Assembly (NCBI GenBank): GCA_002633005.1
Contig: NMRA01000189.1
Span: forward strand, 678,528-734,763
DNA: 56,236 nt
Origin: Phoronis australis
Lineage: Eukaryota > Animalia > Phoronida
Direction of reading: 5' to 3'
Part shown: piece by piece, positions 13,730 to 25,025 of the stretch
Layout: every line of letters starts with the position of its first letter
Position numbering within the stretch: the stretch's first letter is position 1
Made by a program: the position numbers and the translations under genes
The notes under the pieces: model-generated
The model's database searches: none
What the model was told of the DNA's origin: nothing
Seen by the model: the letters and a program-made list of their open reading frames with translations, nothing else

Positions 13730-15245
13730 GAACCCTGGGAAAAGGCGACCTGAAAGTTGAAACGAGAAAGTGCATCAACGATGACGTTAGTGTAGCCGGG
13801 GATATGTTTTGCCCGAAAATGAAAGTTAAAGGTGAGAGCGGGGATGACCAGACCACGAACAAGGGACATAATGGGGAGTGGCGGGAGGAGGTCTTGTTGA
13901 CGGCCCGGTTGTCGCACAGGAAGAGGATCTTGTGGTTGGCAAGCTTCGATCCCCACAGCTCTAGCGCGATGACGATATAGGAAGGAATTCCTTGAAGGTG
14001 ATGTGATGGTGTTGCAGGTGCTCCGGCCACGGACAGGCAAACTAGGAAGCCCCCAATGTCGCAGCAAAACCTCCATTGGAGCCTGCAGCATCAGAGTACA
14101 GTTTGATGGTGTCGGACGATGTCCACTCGTCGAATAGGAACAGTGGTTTCCCATTGAAGCCTCTGAGGAAGATGAACCAAGCTCTAAGCTCCGCTCCAGC
14201 TTCTTTATTGAGAGTGACGAAGTGGTCTGGTCTCGAAATTCCAATGGTGAAGTTGATGAGGCGGCACAGAAAGGCGTGGCCGGGCACGATGACGGAGCAG
14301 GTGAAGTTGAGAAGACCAATGAGGGATTGAAAATCGCTAAGGGTAACCTTGCAGCGCTTCTGGAAGTCGAGGAGGAGGTTGGAAGCTTTGTTCACCTTGT
14401 CCTGTGGGAGAGAAGCAGTCATGGTTGTAGAGTCCAGGTGGATGCCATAAATGGTGATGGAGGTGGTCGGCTGAATTGTCATGTCGTGGTTGATAGGGAT
14501 GCCTAGGGAGTCGCAGAGTGATGTGAATGCGGCGAGGTCCCGGGAGCATGTCGGCGAAGATGGAGGCCAACGAAAAAGAAGTCATCGATGTAGTGCGAAA
14601 CGCTGGCGACCTTCAACTTGGGTTTCCAGGAGCCATTGAAGCGCAGAATTGACCTTCTCGAAGATGTTGCAGCTGGAGGCACAGCCAAATGGTAGGCACC
14701 TGTCGTAGTAGAAGTTGTTGTCCCAGGAGAGGTAGTAGTCGTCAGGGTGCACCGGTACGATGCGAAAAGCGTCCTGGGTGTCAGTCTTAGCCATGAGGGA
14801 GTGGCGTCCAAACCTTTGAACCAGGCGGATAGCATCCGTGATAGATTGGTACTGGACTTGGGAGAAATGAGAGGGTATGAGGGAGTTAACTGAGTTAGAG
14901 TAACGAGATGGATATGACAATTTATGAATGAGACGAAAACTGTTAGGGTGATATTTAGGTATGAGGGCAAGGGGTGACGAAGAGAAAAGGGGGAATGGAG
15001 GGGATGGAAGGGACCAGCATAGCGACCCAGCAGAACCTCAGTCTGTATTTTCTGAAAAATAACTTCGGGGTTACGAAGAGCTGACGGGTGGTTGGGGGGG
15101 GGGGATTGGAGTGACAGATCGGGAAGGCGCCGAGTCTGAAACCAAAAGAGAAACCATTGATAAGCTCCGTAGTCGAGAGGGTGTCATAACCTAAAAGGAG
15201 AGGTTTAAGTTTGCTTACTTTTAAGGGTGTTGGAATACCTGGCAG
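13678..15245 (-). pseudogene. DIRS reverse transcriptase + RNase H (fragmented)
   Basis: TPLKVSKL...LINGFSFGFRLG; MAKTDTQDAFRIVPVHP; YYDRCLPFGCASSCNIFE; HYIDDFFFVG (YIDD at 14592-14581); QSLIGLLNF; LYSDAAGS; ILFLCDN; AKHIPGYTNVIVDALSR. Confidence 0.93.
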
Positions 15246-15249
15246 GTGA

Positions 15250-15606
15250 AACGCCTGTCCGACTAGAACACAGCGGACGTCGTGGGCAATTAACAAAAAA
15301 CGGGCGAAAGAAACGAGGTGGGAGGCCAAGGCATGGGGGTCGATGGAGCTGGAGTGGAGGTCATTCCCGCCGATCTGGAGAAAAACGAGGTCGGGAGGGA
15401 AACGAGGGAGGGAACGAACGGGTCCCCGGTTGGATGAACTTCGGGCCGGGGAGAAGGGTCCCGCCCGAGATGCCCAGGGACGAAATGGTGACCAGGGAAA
15501 GTCGGAAGCTGTAGTTATGGAGGTAACGGGACTGTGGCATGTCGGACACGAAGTCGTCCAGCCAACAAACGCCCGAACTGCCAAGGATGAGAACATGGGG
15601 CGACAT
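15250..15606 (-). pseudogene. SGNH/GDSL hydrolase remnant within the DIRS element
   Basis: MSPHVLILGSS (block I-like), LGISGG (block II), then after a frameshift PDLVFLQIGGNDL (block III). No DxxH block V is visible. Confidence 0.75.
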
Positions 15607-16768
15607 GAGGAGTGAATGAAACGGAGGGTTAAAATCAAAAACGTTACTTACCTCGAAAAAGGACGAAGTGAAGCAGAGGAACGACAAGTGGGAAAGCGTC
15701 GCACCCGAACGGAGTAAGGGGTCAAGGGTCAAAAGGAAAGGAAAAAATACCAAAAATGGAGAGAACAAACGTAGGTCTTGTAGACGACGATGTAGGTGGC
15801 TGAATGAGCTTGACCACGTTGAACTGAACAAAGGAAACATGGGCAACCAATCAGGTGTCACATAGAGAAGTGTATGAATACAAAAGTAGGCCCTTGAGGC
15901 TATAAATAGAGATGAGTAATTAAAATTAAACCCTAAGAGTTGATATCAAAGTAAAGAAAAACATGCCAAAATAATGACGATAAATACATTTAACAAGTTA
16001 AATTTAATTTATCTCACTGATTTCCAATAAAAAGGCAGTCCGTCAGTATACATTGAAAGAGTCAACCAGATTGTGTACCCTGTTTTGGCTTATAATTTGT
16101 TTTGCTTTGCGGGTCTGTTTTCTCTGCTGAGTAAAGATGCGCCGACATCATCTTTACCTTGAGCTTTTTTCAGGATTATTTGAAAATGGCTATTGCAGAA
16201 TTTCCCGTGAGAAACATTTTGGGGGCACACAATGCAGATCGTAATGGAGGTAGTTTAGTGCAGCACTCTTTCACCATATCCCCTTAAACACCCCTCCCCC
16301 GATGACATAATTTACTCCCTCCCCGTTAGATTTTTTCATCAATAGAAGGGGTTCGCCACCGTGTCTCTCACCTCCTACATGACCATGGGTGATGAAGGTA
16401 CCGTAACGGAGGCTTTCACACTACGCAGCGTATAATCAAAGAGACTGCTTTCCCACTCCCTTGCACAAGCGGATCAACTGTGTCACGAGAATACCTATCC
16501 ATTTTTTCCAAAAAGAGAAACGTTTGTGGTGGATGTAAAGTCTTCTAAGAGCATACACTGCGTGCTGCTTCACTTGCTGTCGTCATTTTCATTTTTTGTA
16601 ATTACAATTGAAATACACTAAAGATTATATTAATCACCCGGGATGGGCGATGATGTCCGTGTCTACACACTGGCGTGGCCAAAGGGGGGGGGGCTGCAAA
16701 ACGTGAGTGCCATGGCCCCTATTCATTTGCAAAAACGTCCTCCCCCAGTTGAATCTAAATTTGGATTT

Positions 16769-17009
16769 ATAACAAAAAACAATTGCAGGAGGTCTGACAC
16801 ATGTTGTACCGGACGTGCGCAGCCCTCACATGTGGGCCCATTGCACTGATCACCTGGAACTATTTCTATGCTTTATTAATGTATAGTTAAAACCGAGCTG
16901 AGGAGTGAGAAGCCTGGCTCAATGGTTTATCAGTGTGACGTGGTGGGACTCGAACCCACGACCTCGAGTAAAGAACGCAGACGCTTATCAATCAGGCCAC
17001 ACTGCCTCC
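16769..17009 (-). mobile_element. tRNA-derived SINE with 15-bp target-site duplication
   Basis: Minus strand reads ggcagtgTGGCCTGATTGataagcg...gGGTTCGAGTCCc (Pol III A and B boxes). Flanked by the direct repeat tctaaatttggattt at 16754-16768 and 17010-17024. Confidence 0.85.
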
Positions 17010-17540
17010 TCTAAATTTGGATTTGTTCCCCCCCCCCCCCCGTTTCGTCTCGGCCCGGTCCGTTGGTTATTGCAAAGTGACCCCAGGTTACTGCCTTACT
17101 ACTCATTTATACCCCATTTCTCCGTTTGCCAACAACGTTGAGTTTGGTCCTGCTGTTGCATACTCCTGGCTAAGCCAGTTGTACCACGTGTGTTGTGCGT
17201 TCCGCAGAAGCAAGAACTTCGAGAAATAGCAACTGAAGATTATGAAAGACTTTGCAAACTATCGCCACGTTTTACACTTGAACCATGTGACCACACTTGT
17301 TTCCTGCGAGAGATTCTTGCGTCTACGAAACTCAGCCCAGTTTTGTGTGTTCCCATTTTCCTGATTGACACCAATTTAGTCACGTCCCACTCCCACCCCA
17401 AAACCAGTTTCTTTCTTCCCGAATATTTATTAGTTTCTCCTGTCCCTTTTGAATTGGTCGTTCAACTGTTTGGATCAAAAGTTGACCTTCCACTTACATG
17501 TATGCATATACTGCCAAATTAACCAAGAACACGTCCCAAA

Positions 17541-17761
17541 ATCTACAAGGGGGGTTCAGGGGGTTCAACCCCCCCTCGGGACAGGATCAAAAATAAAAAC
17601 TGAAAAAAATCGCCAGAAAAACGAAATTAGCTACTAAAAATCCAAAAAAATCTTACACGGGAGGAGGGATACCCTCTCGCGACCTTCCTACTCCTCGGCG
17701 CTACGCGCCTCGGATTCTCTCGAATCCTAACCCCCGTACTGAAATCGTAGATCTGCCACTG
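17541..17761. mobile_element. MITE-like fragment ending in ...agatctgccactg
   Basis: G/C-tract-rich interior; related ends at 21410 (agatccgccactg) and 1684 (cagtggcagatc). Confidence 0.5.
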
Positions 17762-17836
17762 GTACATAGCCTTAATCCACAAAGATACAAGGAAACATTC
17801 ATTATTAAGCACCATGACCATCATATTAATTCACAG

Positions 17837-17938
17837 GAAAGCGGCACTACCCCTCTGCACCTAGCCTCTGCGCATGGCAACATCGATGTAGTGAGGTTGT
17901 TGTTGAACAACGGAGCAAAGGTGTCAACGGTAGATAAG
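17837..17938 (+). CDS. Ankyrin-repeat micro-exon D (ESGTTPLHLASAHGNIDVVRLLLNNGAKVSTVDK)
   Basis: ttcacag| acceptor, AAG|gtaatc donor, 102 bp, phase 0-0, near-consensus GxTPLHLA..GxxxVVRLLL..GA. Confidence 0.92.
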
Positions 17939-18065
17939 GTAATCAAAATAATTTTGCGCGTTGTATACAAAGTCTATCCCATATACATAGGAATGCTACT
18001 GACACATCCTATCGCGAATTCATTTCATCTGGGAATATCTTAACGAGACCGAAATTTGTCCCATA

Positions 18066-18962
18066 AACACGGAGAACGTGTCAAACAGGAAAAACCGCAC
18101 GCACCACAGACCCGAACTCAGACCTCGAGGATAGAGTGCGCGTGCTTTACCACTACACCACCACGATTTAACTATTAATCTTGTGCTAAGAGACCTACTT
18201 GTTTGTGGTCCACAGCGTTTGCGCGCGAAACCTACTTCTTTTTGTAATGCTTATTATACGTTTTATATTTTGTGCAATCGGTTCTTAACAAATTTGTTGT
18301 ATTTAAAATAGTCTTCAAATGCCCAAAAGACCAAATCCGTTTTTCGTGTTGGCAATAATGACGGGATTGCTTTGGAAGTCGTCTTAAGTTAAGGTTTGAC
18401 AAAGAGAGAATTATGAGTTACTGAGTTATTCACCAAGGCTTCGATTAAAATTCACATCTTACCAGCAGCTTCTGTTCTTTCATCGTCACTCAGGTTCCAT
18501 TTTCCTTAAAAAATGAAGTAAATTTTCTTCATTGCACAGTGGAGCAGACGACGGAAACGGAGTCGTAGTGCGCAGCGCNNNNNNNNNNNNNNNNNNNNNN
18601 NNNNNNNNNNNNNNNNNNNNNNNNNNNNNNNNNNNNNNNNNNNNNNNNNNNNNNNNNNNNNNNNNNNNNNNNNNNNNNNNNNNNNNNNNNNNNNNNNNNN
18701 NNNNNNNNNNNNNNNNNNNNNNNNNNNNNNNNNNNNNNNNNNNNNNNNNNNNNNNNNNNNNNNNNNNNNNNNNNNNNNNNNNNNNNNNNNNNNNNNNNNN
18801 NNNNNNNNNNNNNNNNNNNNNNNNNNNNNNNNNNNNNNNNNNNNNNNNNNNNNNNNNNNNNNNNNNNNNNNNNNNNNNNNNNNNNNNNNNNNNNNNNNNN
18901 NNNNNNNNNNNNNNGGGGGGGGGGGGGCGGGCCCCCTGGGCCCCTCCCCTAAATCCGCCTAT
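18066..18962. repeat. Left arm of a long inverted repeat (partly in N-gap 18579-18914)
   Basis: 18066-18578 matches rc of 21190-20675; 18915-18962 matches rc of ~20433-20386. Confidence 0.85.
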
Positions 18963-19670
18963 GCGGTAACCAAGCCGGTTAATCGACAAGACAACCTGTG
19001 AAAATATTGAATAACCAGTAAGATTTCATTTCATAATAAATTAATCAGAATTTATTTTCAGTTTGAGAAATATACAAGTTAAAGCACTGAACCATTCAAT
19101 AATATCAAAAGTTTGTCGAAGACTTAGAAACAATACATTTGGGAATAAAAAAATTGAAACATTCCTTGAATCGACTTGTGCTTCACTGTGTCACTTGGGG
19201 TAAGCGAAAAGCAGATTTTACGCTACTACGAGACGACCGGTAACGACGGAGAGTGAACGCTGCGAGCAGACGATCGCCTCAGTAAAAAACACATACTCTA
19301 TATTAGATCGCAGTTTCCTGTAAAGAACTTAGCTTTCAGTATACATATACCATTTGTATCAATCATTAACAAAAGGTTTTTGTCGCATTTGAATTAGATT
19401 TTTGGCTTATTTTTGTTGGCCAGGTACCTACATGTATTTATTATGAACCTGACTGAAACTTCAGCAAAGCCTAAAAATAGCCGCCTGATCCCCGTGCGTC
19501 GGAATATTCATTGTTAAATATTTTCTGTTTTAGAGCAGTACACTGCTTTTTCAGGAACGAAGCCTTGGATTAATGATTTTGGTAACCCAAATGAACGAGC
19601 TCAACAGAATTTGGCAGTGCACTCGCAAATTTACTCCACCAGGAAACTGCTCGCCAACCGTGGAATACTA

Positions 19671-20270
19671 TGATGGGCCGTTGGGGGGAAAGTGTCCCCG
19701 GTAAAATTCGAGCGTAATTATTTACATTACGTCGTTTTTACGCCGTTAGTTACGCCATAAAATTACGAGCGTAAATTAATTCTTTACGGCGTAAAATTAC
19801 GCTCGCAATTTAGTCTAAACTATAAGCCAATGACGTTCGGTTTTACAACTCACGGTTGCAAGCACTCATGTAAATACTTATTTACTGACAGTTGCATGTT
19901 ACGAGCGCTGACTCATGGCGTATCAAATCGGTGCTGCAATGTCAGCGATTTTGCAAGAATGACCTGCCCAGCAACAGTCGTGTATGTTAGGTTAACACAG
20001 ATTGGTTTAAATTTGGAGTGTTCTTAACAAGGAATTTTACGAGCGTAATTTACGGCAACATTTCCCCATTTAATTTACGGGCGTAATTTTACTACAACAC
20101 TTTTGCAATTTAATTTATATGTACACTCATAATTACGAGCTTAATTTATAGCAAACTTTTCCCCATTTAACTTACGATCGTAATTGCACGGCGACACTCC
20201 TGCAATTTAATTTACGCTCGTTAGTACGAGCGTAATTTTACGGCGACACTTTCCCCTCAAAGGCCCACCA
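19671..20270. mobile_element. 600-bp MITE, ~40-bp imperfect TIRs, TA flanks (Tc1/mariner-like)
   Basis: TA|tgatgggccgttggggggaaagtgtccccggtaaaatt ... aattttacggcgacactttcccctcaaaggcccacca|TA, with many internal TTACG/CGTAA motifs. Confidence 0.8.
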
Positions 20271-20385
20271 TAAAATAATGATTTTACAGTTGTAAACGGC
20301 TCTACTTTCCCGTATTTCACACTTAATAACGTGACGATGACATATATGGGATAAATATAATTACTGGTGAGTGAATGTTATTCTT

Positions 20386-21190
20386 CATAGGCGGATTTAG
20401 GGGGGGCCCAGGGGGCCCGGCCCCCCCCCCCCTTGGCTGCCGCAAAAAAAANGCAAAAAAATAAAACAGTAAGAGCGTAGGGAAATGTTGAGTTTATTAA
20501 TTAACCCCTGTAATTAAAATTATACGGATGAAAAAAAAGATTTAAATGTGTGCAGTTTTAGTGTTGGGGGGGTTCAAATCCAATTTCAAGTGTCAAATTC
20601 GGAACACGGCGCATTCGTAACGGAACTATGGCTAAGTATAGGCTCTCCCGCAATATCCCAGGCGACCGGCAGTGGTGCTGCGCACTACGACTCCGTTTCC
20701 GTCGTCTGCTCCACTGTGCAATGAAGAAAATTTACTTCATTTTTTAAAGAAAATGGAACCTGAGTGACGATGAAAAAACAGAAGCTGCTGGTAAGATGTG
20801 AATTTTAATCGAAGCCTTAGTGAATCACTTAGAAACTCGCAATACTCTCTTTGTCAAACCTTATCTCAAGACGATTTCCAAAGCAATCCCGTCATTATTG
20901 CCAACACGAAAAACGGAGTTGGTGTTTTGGGCCTTTGAAGACTATTTTAAATACGACAAATTTGTTAAGAATTGATGGCACAAAATATAAAACGTGTAAT
21001 AAGCATTACAAAAAGAAATAGGTTTCGCGCTCAAACGCTGTGGACCATAAACAAGTAGGTCTCTTAGTATCACGTTAGTAGTTAAGTCGTTGTGGTGTGG
21101 TGGTGACGCCCGCGCGCGCTATTCGCGAGGTCGTGAGTTCGAGTCTTTGGTAATTGTAGTTTTTCCTGTTTCGCACGTTTTCCGTGTTTT
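20386..21190. repeat. Right arm of the long inverted repeat
   Basis: Reverse complement of 18066-18962; begins cataggcggatttagggggg and has a tRNA-like A/B-box segment at 21087-21150. Confidence 0.85.
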
Positions 21191-21908
21191 TTTTTCTTTC
21201 CTTCTTGGATAATACTTCAGGACTCAAGGAAAATGTGTGATTTTTATAGGTAAAAACAGAAAAATTTTCTGGGCGGGAGGGGCAAACCCCCCTCCCGACC
21301 TCCCCCCATTCGGTGCTATGCGCATCTACAATCGTGGTTCAGTTTGCGCAAGTGGTTACAGCCGTACAAAATGTTGCCCCCCCCCTTGTGATATCATAGA
21401 TCCGCCACTGCAGTAATTTAAGGTTTTTATATTGGTTTTTCGGGGTTATGACTGCGTGTGTTCATCCGATTATACCTACAGTTGTGGGAATAGTGTATCG
21501 CTGTTGGAGTTGGCCTAAGATTAAAATTATTTTCATACCAAGCATCTTCTAGTGCAAACTGCTTTCGAAACAAGTCTCTTCCTGTTTCTGTATGTAATTC
21601 TTCATTCTGCAAAATGCGGGGTTACGTGTAGATATGACTTGCTGTTATGCAAACGACACTCAATAGCAATTAAAGTGTAAATTGCAAGGTCTCAACCAAT
21701 CTGAACAACAGTATGCTCTAAATTCGTGTTTGTAATTATTCTTGCTATATTCTTAACATTAACTGAATTGTACGTCGCTATAAAAAGTTATTTACATATT
21801 TGTTGCCGTGGCGTTGTAACGCTATTGTTGTAACGGAAAATAGAAACGGCGCCATTTTCCTTCGTTACACATCTGTGACGTGGTGTTGGGGAACACAAAG
21901 AAAACAAT

Positions 21909-23712
21909 ATGGATCCCAGTGAGTACAGCAGCGTAGATGAAGAATACTTTGAAAGATACAGGGAGGGTCAGGTGGAGTTTTCAGACGATTCTGACGTTTC
22001 GGATGTGGAGAGGAGGCGACAGACCCCATAGGAACAATTTGTGCTCACACCTTCTCTCTAGTAAAACCGTTTTCCCTCGATCCCCTTGCTCCGGTTGTCG
22101 ACGATCCAGCCCCAGCCGGTTCGTGCAGTGAATATCAACGGGCAGAAGGTGCGCAGGAGTTGCGACAGAATGTTAGTGACTGGTAAGAATATTATAAATA
22201 TGCATCATACTACCGCGAATTACTACTTGGTCTTTTTTAATTTTAAGTTCAGTAGCTTTACCGGTCACTCCCAGGCGCTCTCGTCCCCACTGATGAATCA
22301 TTTTTCAGCCGTGGATAAGTACCAGTTTCAGTGATAAAAAATGGGACTCGTTGCACTTACGCAAATCACTCAACAATGTGTGGTCTTTCATTATTTGTAG
22401 ACAGTGGCGCATTGGTTTGGGCCCCGGACTCTTGTTTGTGAGACTCGGGTTCGAATCCTGGCTTTCACTGGCAGACAATTGGGCATTGTACGAAGTTGTC
22501 TCCTACTCCCCTGAGCTCAGTCTTACTAGTGAGTGAATAAATGTATGCATGGGAAAGAATGAGAACCACCTCCCAATACTCAACTGTGTAGTGTAAACAA
22601 GAGGAAAAAAGAATTGCAATTTTGCAACTTAGACTTTCTTACCTGGGGGCCGGAGGGAATTCCATGGGTTATAAAACAGGTCACTTCATTTTCATACTCT
22701 AGGGCCAAGTCAACTTGGACCCAGAGCAATGTACACACGTTTTTCTAACCAGGTTTAGTTTGTGTAAGTCAATGCTTTCATGCCTATGTACCTAATGTTG
22801 CTGTTATTTGTGAAAATTGGTACATGGCTTGGGTGCGAGTTGACTTGGGAAGGAACCGTCTGGTAAAGTTTCTAAAGAGTATAGAAGGCATCGGATATTG
22901 AGAAGTTTTTAAAAATGTTTACTGTAATATTCACGATTATTAACAAAACAGACCCCTCCATCAATGAATCAGGTGTCAGCAAATCAAACTAAGTATGTCC
23001 ATTCCTATATATGTATCCCCCAGGCATGATCTGCCACTGCCCTGGGTGTAGCAGTATTCATTTGTATGAAAAGTAAATATCTTTACTATTTATGTGATGT
23101 TCCAAAGCTTGTTTTTTTGAATTTAGTTTCATTTTTGTTCTGTTTTAAACAGGTCGCTGCTCAACAATCAGTCTTCTCGAAAACTGAGGTCATTGCAAAC
23201 CCTCAACTAATTTGGCCGAGACACTCTTGGTAAATCAGTAATTTTTTCAATTCGACATCTTGATGTTTACTTAAGTAATGCATACATATTGTCACATCTT
23301 GCAGGTGCACGTGTGACAACTGTCAGACTACTGCAGTCATTGAAGAAAGAGTGTGTTGTCAAGAGGTCAACAAGGTTATTGCTAAACTTGAGGAAGAAAT
23401 GATGAGGGACAACTTAAACGGAAGAAAAAAATGTATCGTGGACCATGGAAGTTTTCAACCTGTGTGCATCAATCGTGATGTTTTGGAGACTGCATGGCTG
23501 CAGTATAAAAGCCAATATCCGGATGGCTATGACGGACCCTTTGATAAAAGGATACGACACATAGCCTACAGACAGTTCCAAAGATGGGTGCATATGGTCA
23601 CCTAGGACGAACTGTCCGTGTTGTAATTCCAGCATGCGCAGTAGCCTGCATCAGAGCTTTTTACCCTCCACCGGGAAATGAGGAGGACTTTGAGTTTCAA
23701 GGGTTTTCTTAA
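21909..23712 (+). pseudogene. KolX / P2X7-ballast-like gene, copy 2 (exons 21909-22182, 23305-23712), frameshifted
   Basis: Same spliced model as copy 1; 1-bp deletion near 22010 and 2-bp insertion near 23590 relative to copy 1. Confidence 0.85.
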
Positions 23713-25025
23713 TAGTTTCATTTATGTATATATATATCGAGTTGTCTTATCCCTGGAATGCTAACTCCAGCTCATTACCTAAGTACTCTATTACTAAAAC
23801 TTGTGACTCGGGGAGTAGCCTTATCTACTTTGGACGAGTTGAAATAAGTGACAACTTCCATAGAGAGAACAAATATCCTAACAAACGAATGCAATCACAG
23901 CGCAATCTCAGTGGTACAAAAATGAAGTAGGCATTCCATGATGGATTTCTGTGTTTTCAGAATGGTAAACAATTGACAAAGAAAGTAGCATATATTGATG
24001 TTCAGGAACTTATATTGACATGGTCATGACAAGTGTAATGTTACTAGAACTACATTATAAACCTCTAAACTCAACATCAGTTATGGTTTACTTAGGAATT
24101 GGTCTCACTGGAGTTGTTAGTGAGTTTCAATGAACACATTCAACAATATTGCTGTTACATAAAAATCTGGACTATTGTCTGAGGTAGAGACTGAATCTCC
24201 TGCCCTCTTCTTATACAGTAGGACTCGTTACATTGGTAGTGCTTCATTGGAAACTAGAAAGGCTAGCATGCATTAATTCCTGTAACGCCTCCAAGTAACT
24301 TTGACTTCGATGAAATATCTGTCTCACTGGCTCCAACTTACCGAGTTCTACTGTAATTCAACAAGACATTAACTACCATGACATGGCAAATTACTGAATT
24401 TCCACCCAAAAGCTCCAGTATGCAATAGCTTCAGATGTCTATGACATGGTATAAAACAAACAAAATTATACACATGTATAGGAAGTGGGAAATCTGGAGA
24501 GAGTGCTTGGACGACTCGCACAAAAACTCGCAAGAAAATGTTAGACAGTAGAGTTGGGATTCTGTGCAAATGATTATTCTGTCGTACAATTTGAATGATA
24601 TTGGCAGGCACGAGAAGACTGACGACCCACACATGTATATTATCATCACTACCAATGTTTTAGGTTTTTTATTTGAAAGCTGTACAGATAGCAGTGCTAG
24701 AGTATTTATAGTACCAGTACAGGAAATCGTGAAACACTTTTGAGCGTGCCATATGGCTGTCCGGTTTGTATAAACCCTTCGACATACTATGTTCTAACAT
24801 TGAAACATTTCAATGTTACTTCAATATAATGACTATAAATATTGTGGCATAGCTTTTAGGTTTATTTGATTAGCAGTAAACTGATGCCGTCCCATATAAT
24901 GCATCGGTAAGGGGGGCGAAAAGGTACCTTTGTGGGTCGTCAGTCTTTTCGTGCCCCAATATCATTCATTGTCATGTATGTGATGGAAAGAAATATCAGT
25001 ACTGTCCATTGACAAAACAAGCAGT

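Larger units (their letters stand above)
4471..13872 (+). repeat. Segmental duplication, inverted partner of 30425-42108
   Basis: 4471-5117 matches rc 42108-41375; 6477-12470 matches rc 41373-32580; 12471-13872 matches rc 31820-30425. 10681-10920 is identical to rc 34142-34381. Confidence 0.95.
12471..15865 (-). mobile_element. Decayed DIRS/Ngaro-type tyrosine-recombinase retrotransposon in the ankyrin intron, antisense to the host exons; boundaries approximate
   Basis: GC-richer block with SGNH, RT (YIDD), RNase H and YR remnants in that order on the - strand, with several frameshifts. Confidence 0.92.

Noticed and set aside
16930-17008. Functional tRNA gene (also 21087-21150 and 18105-18166)
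   Set aside because: A and B boxes are present but I could not fold a convincing cloverleaf; context is SINE or repeat.
18486-18989. Long ORFs spanning N-gaps (also 25286-25858 and 507-878)
   Set aside because: Artefacts of translating through Ns; only the THAP start at 25918 is credible.
19700-20255. CRISPR-like repeat-spacer array
   Set aside because: Repeats are degenerate, in both orientations, lack unique spacers of constant length, and lie inside a eukaryotic MITE with no cas genes.
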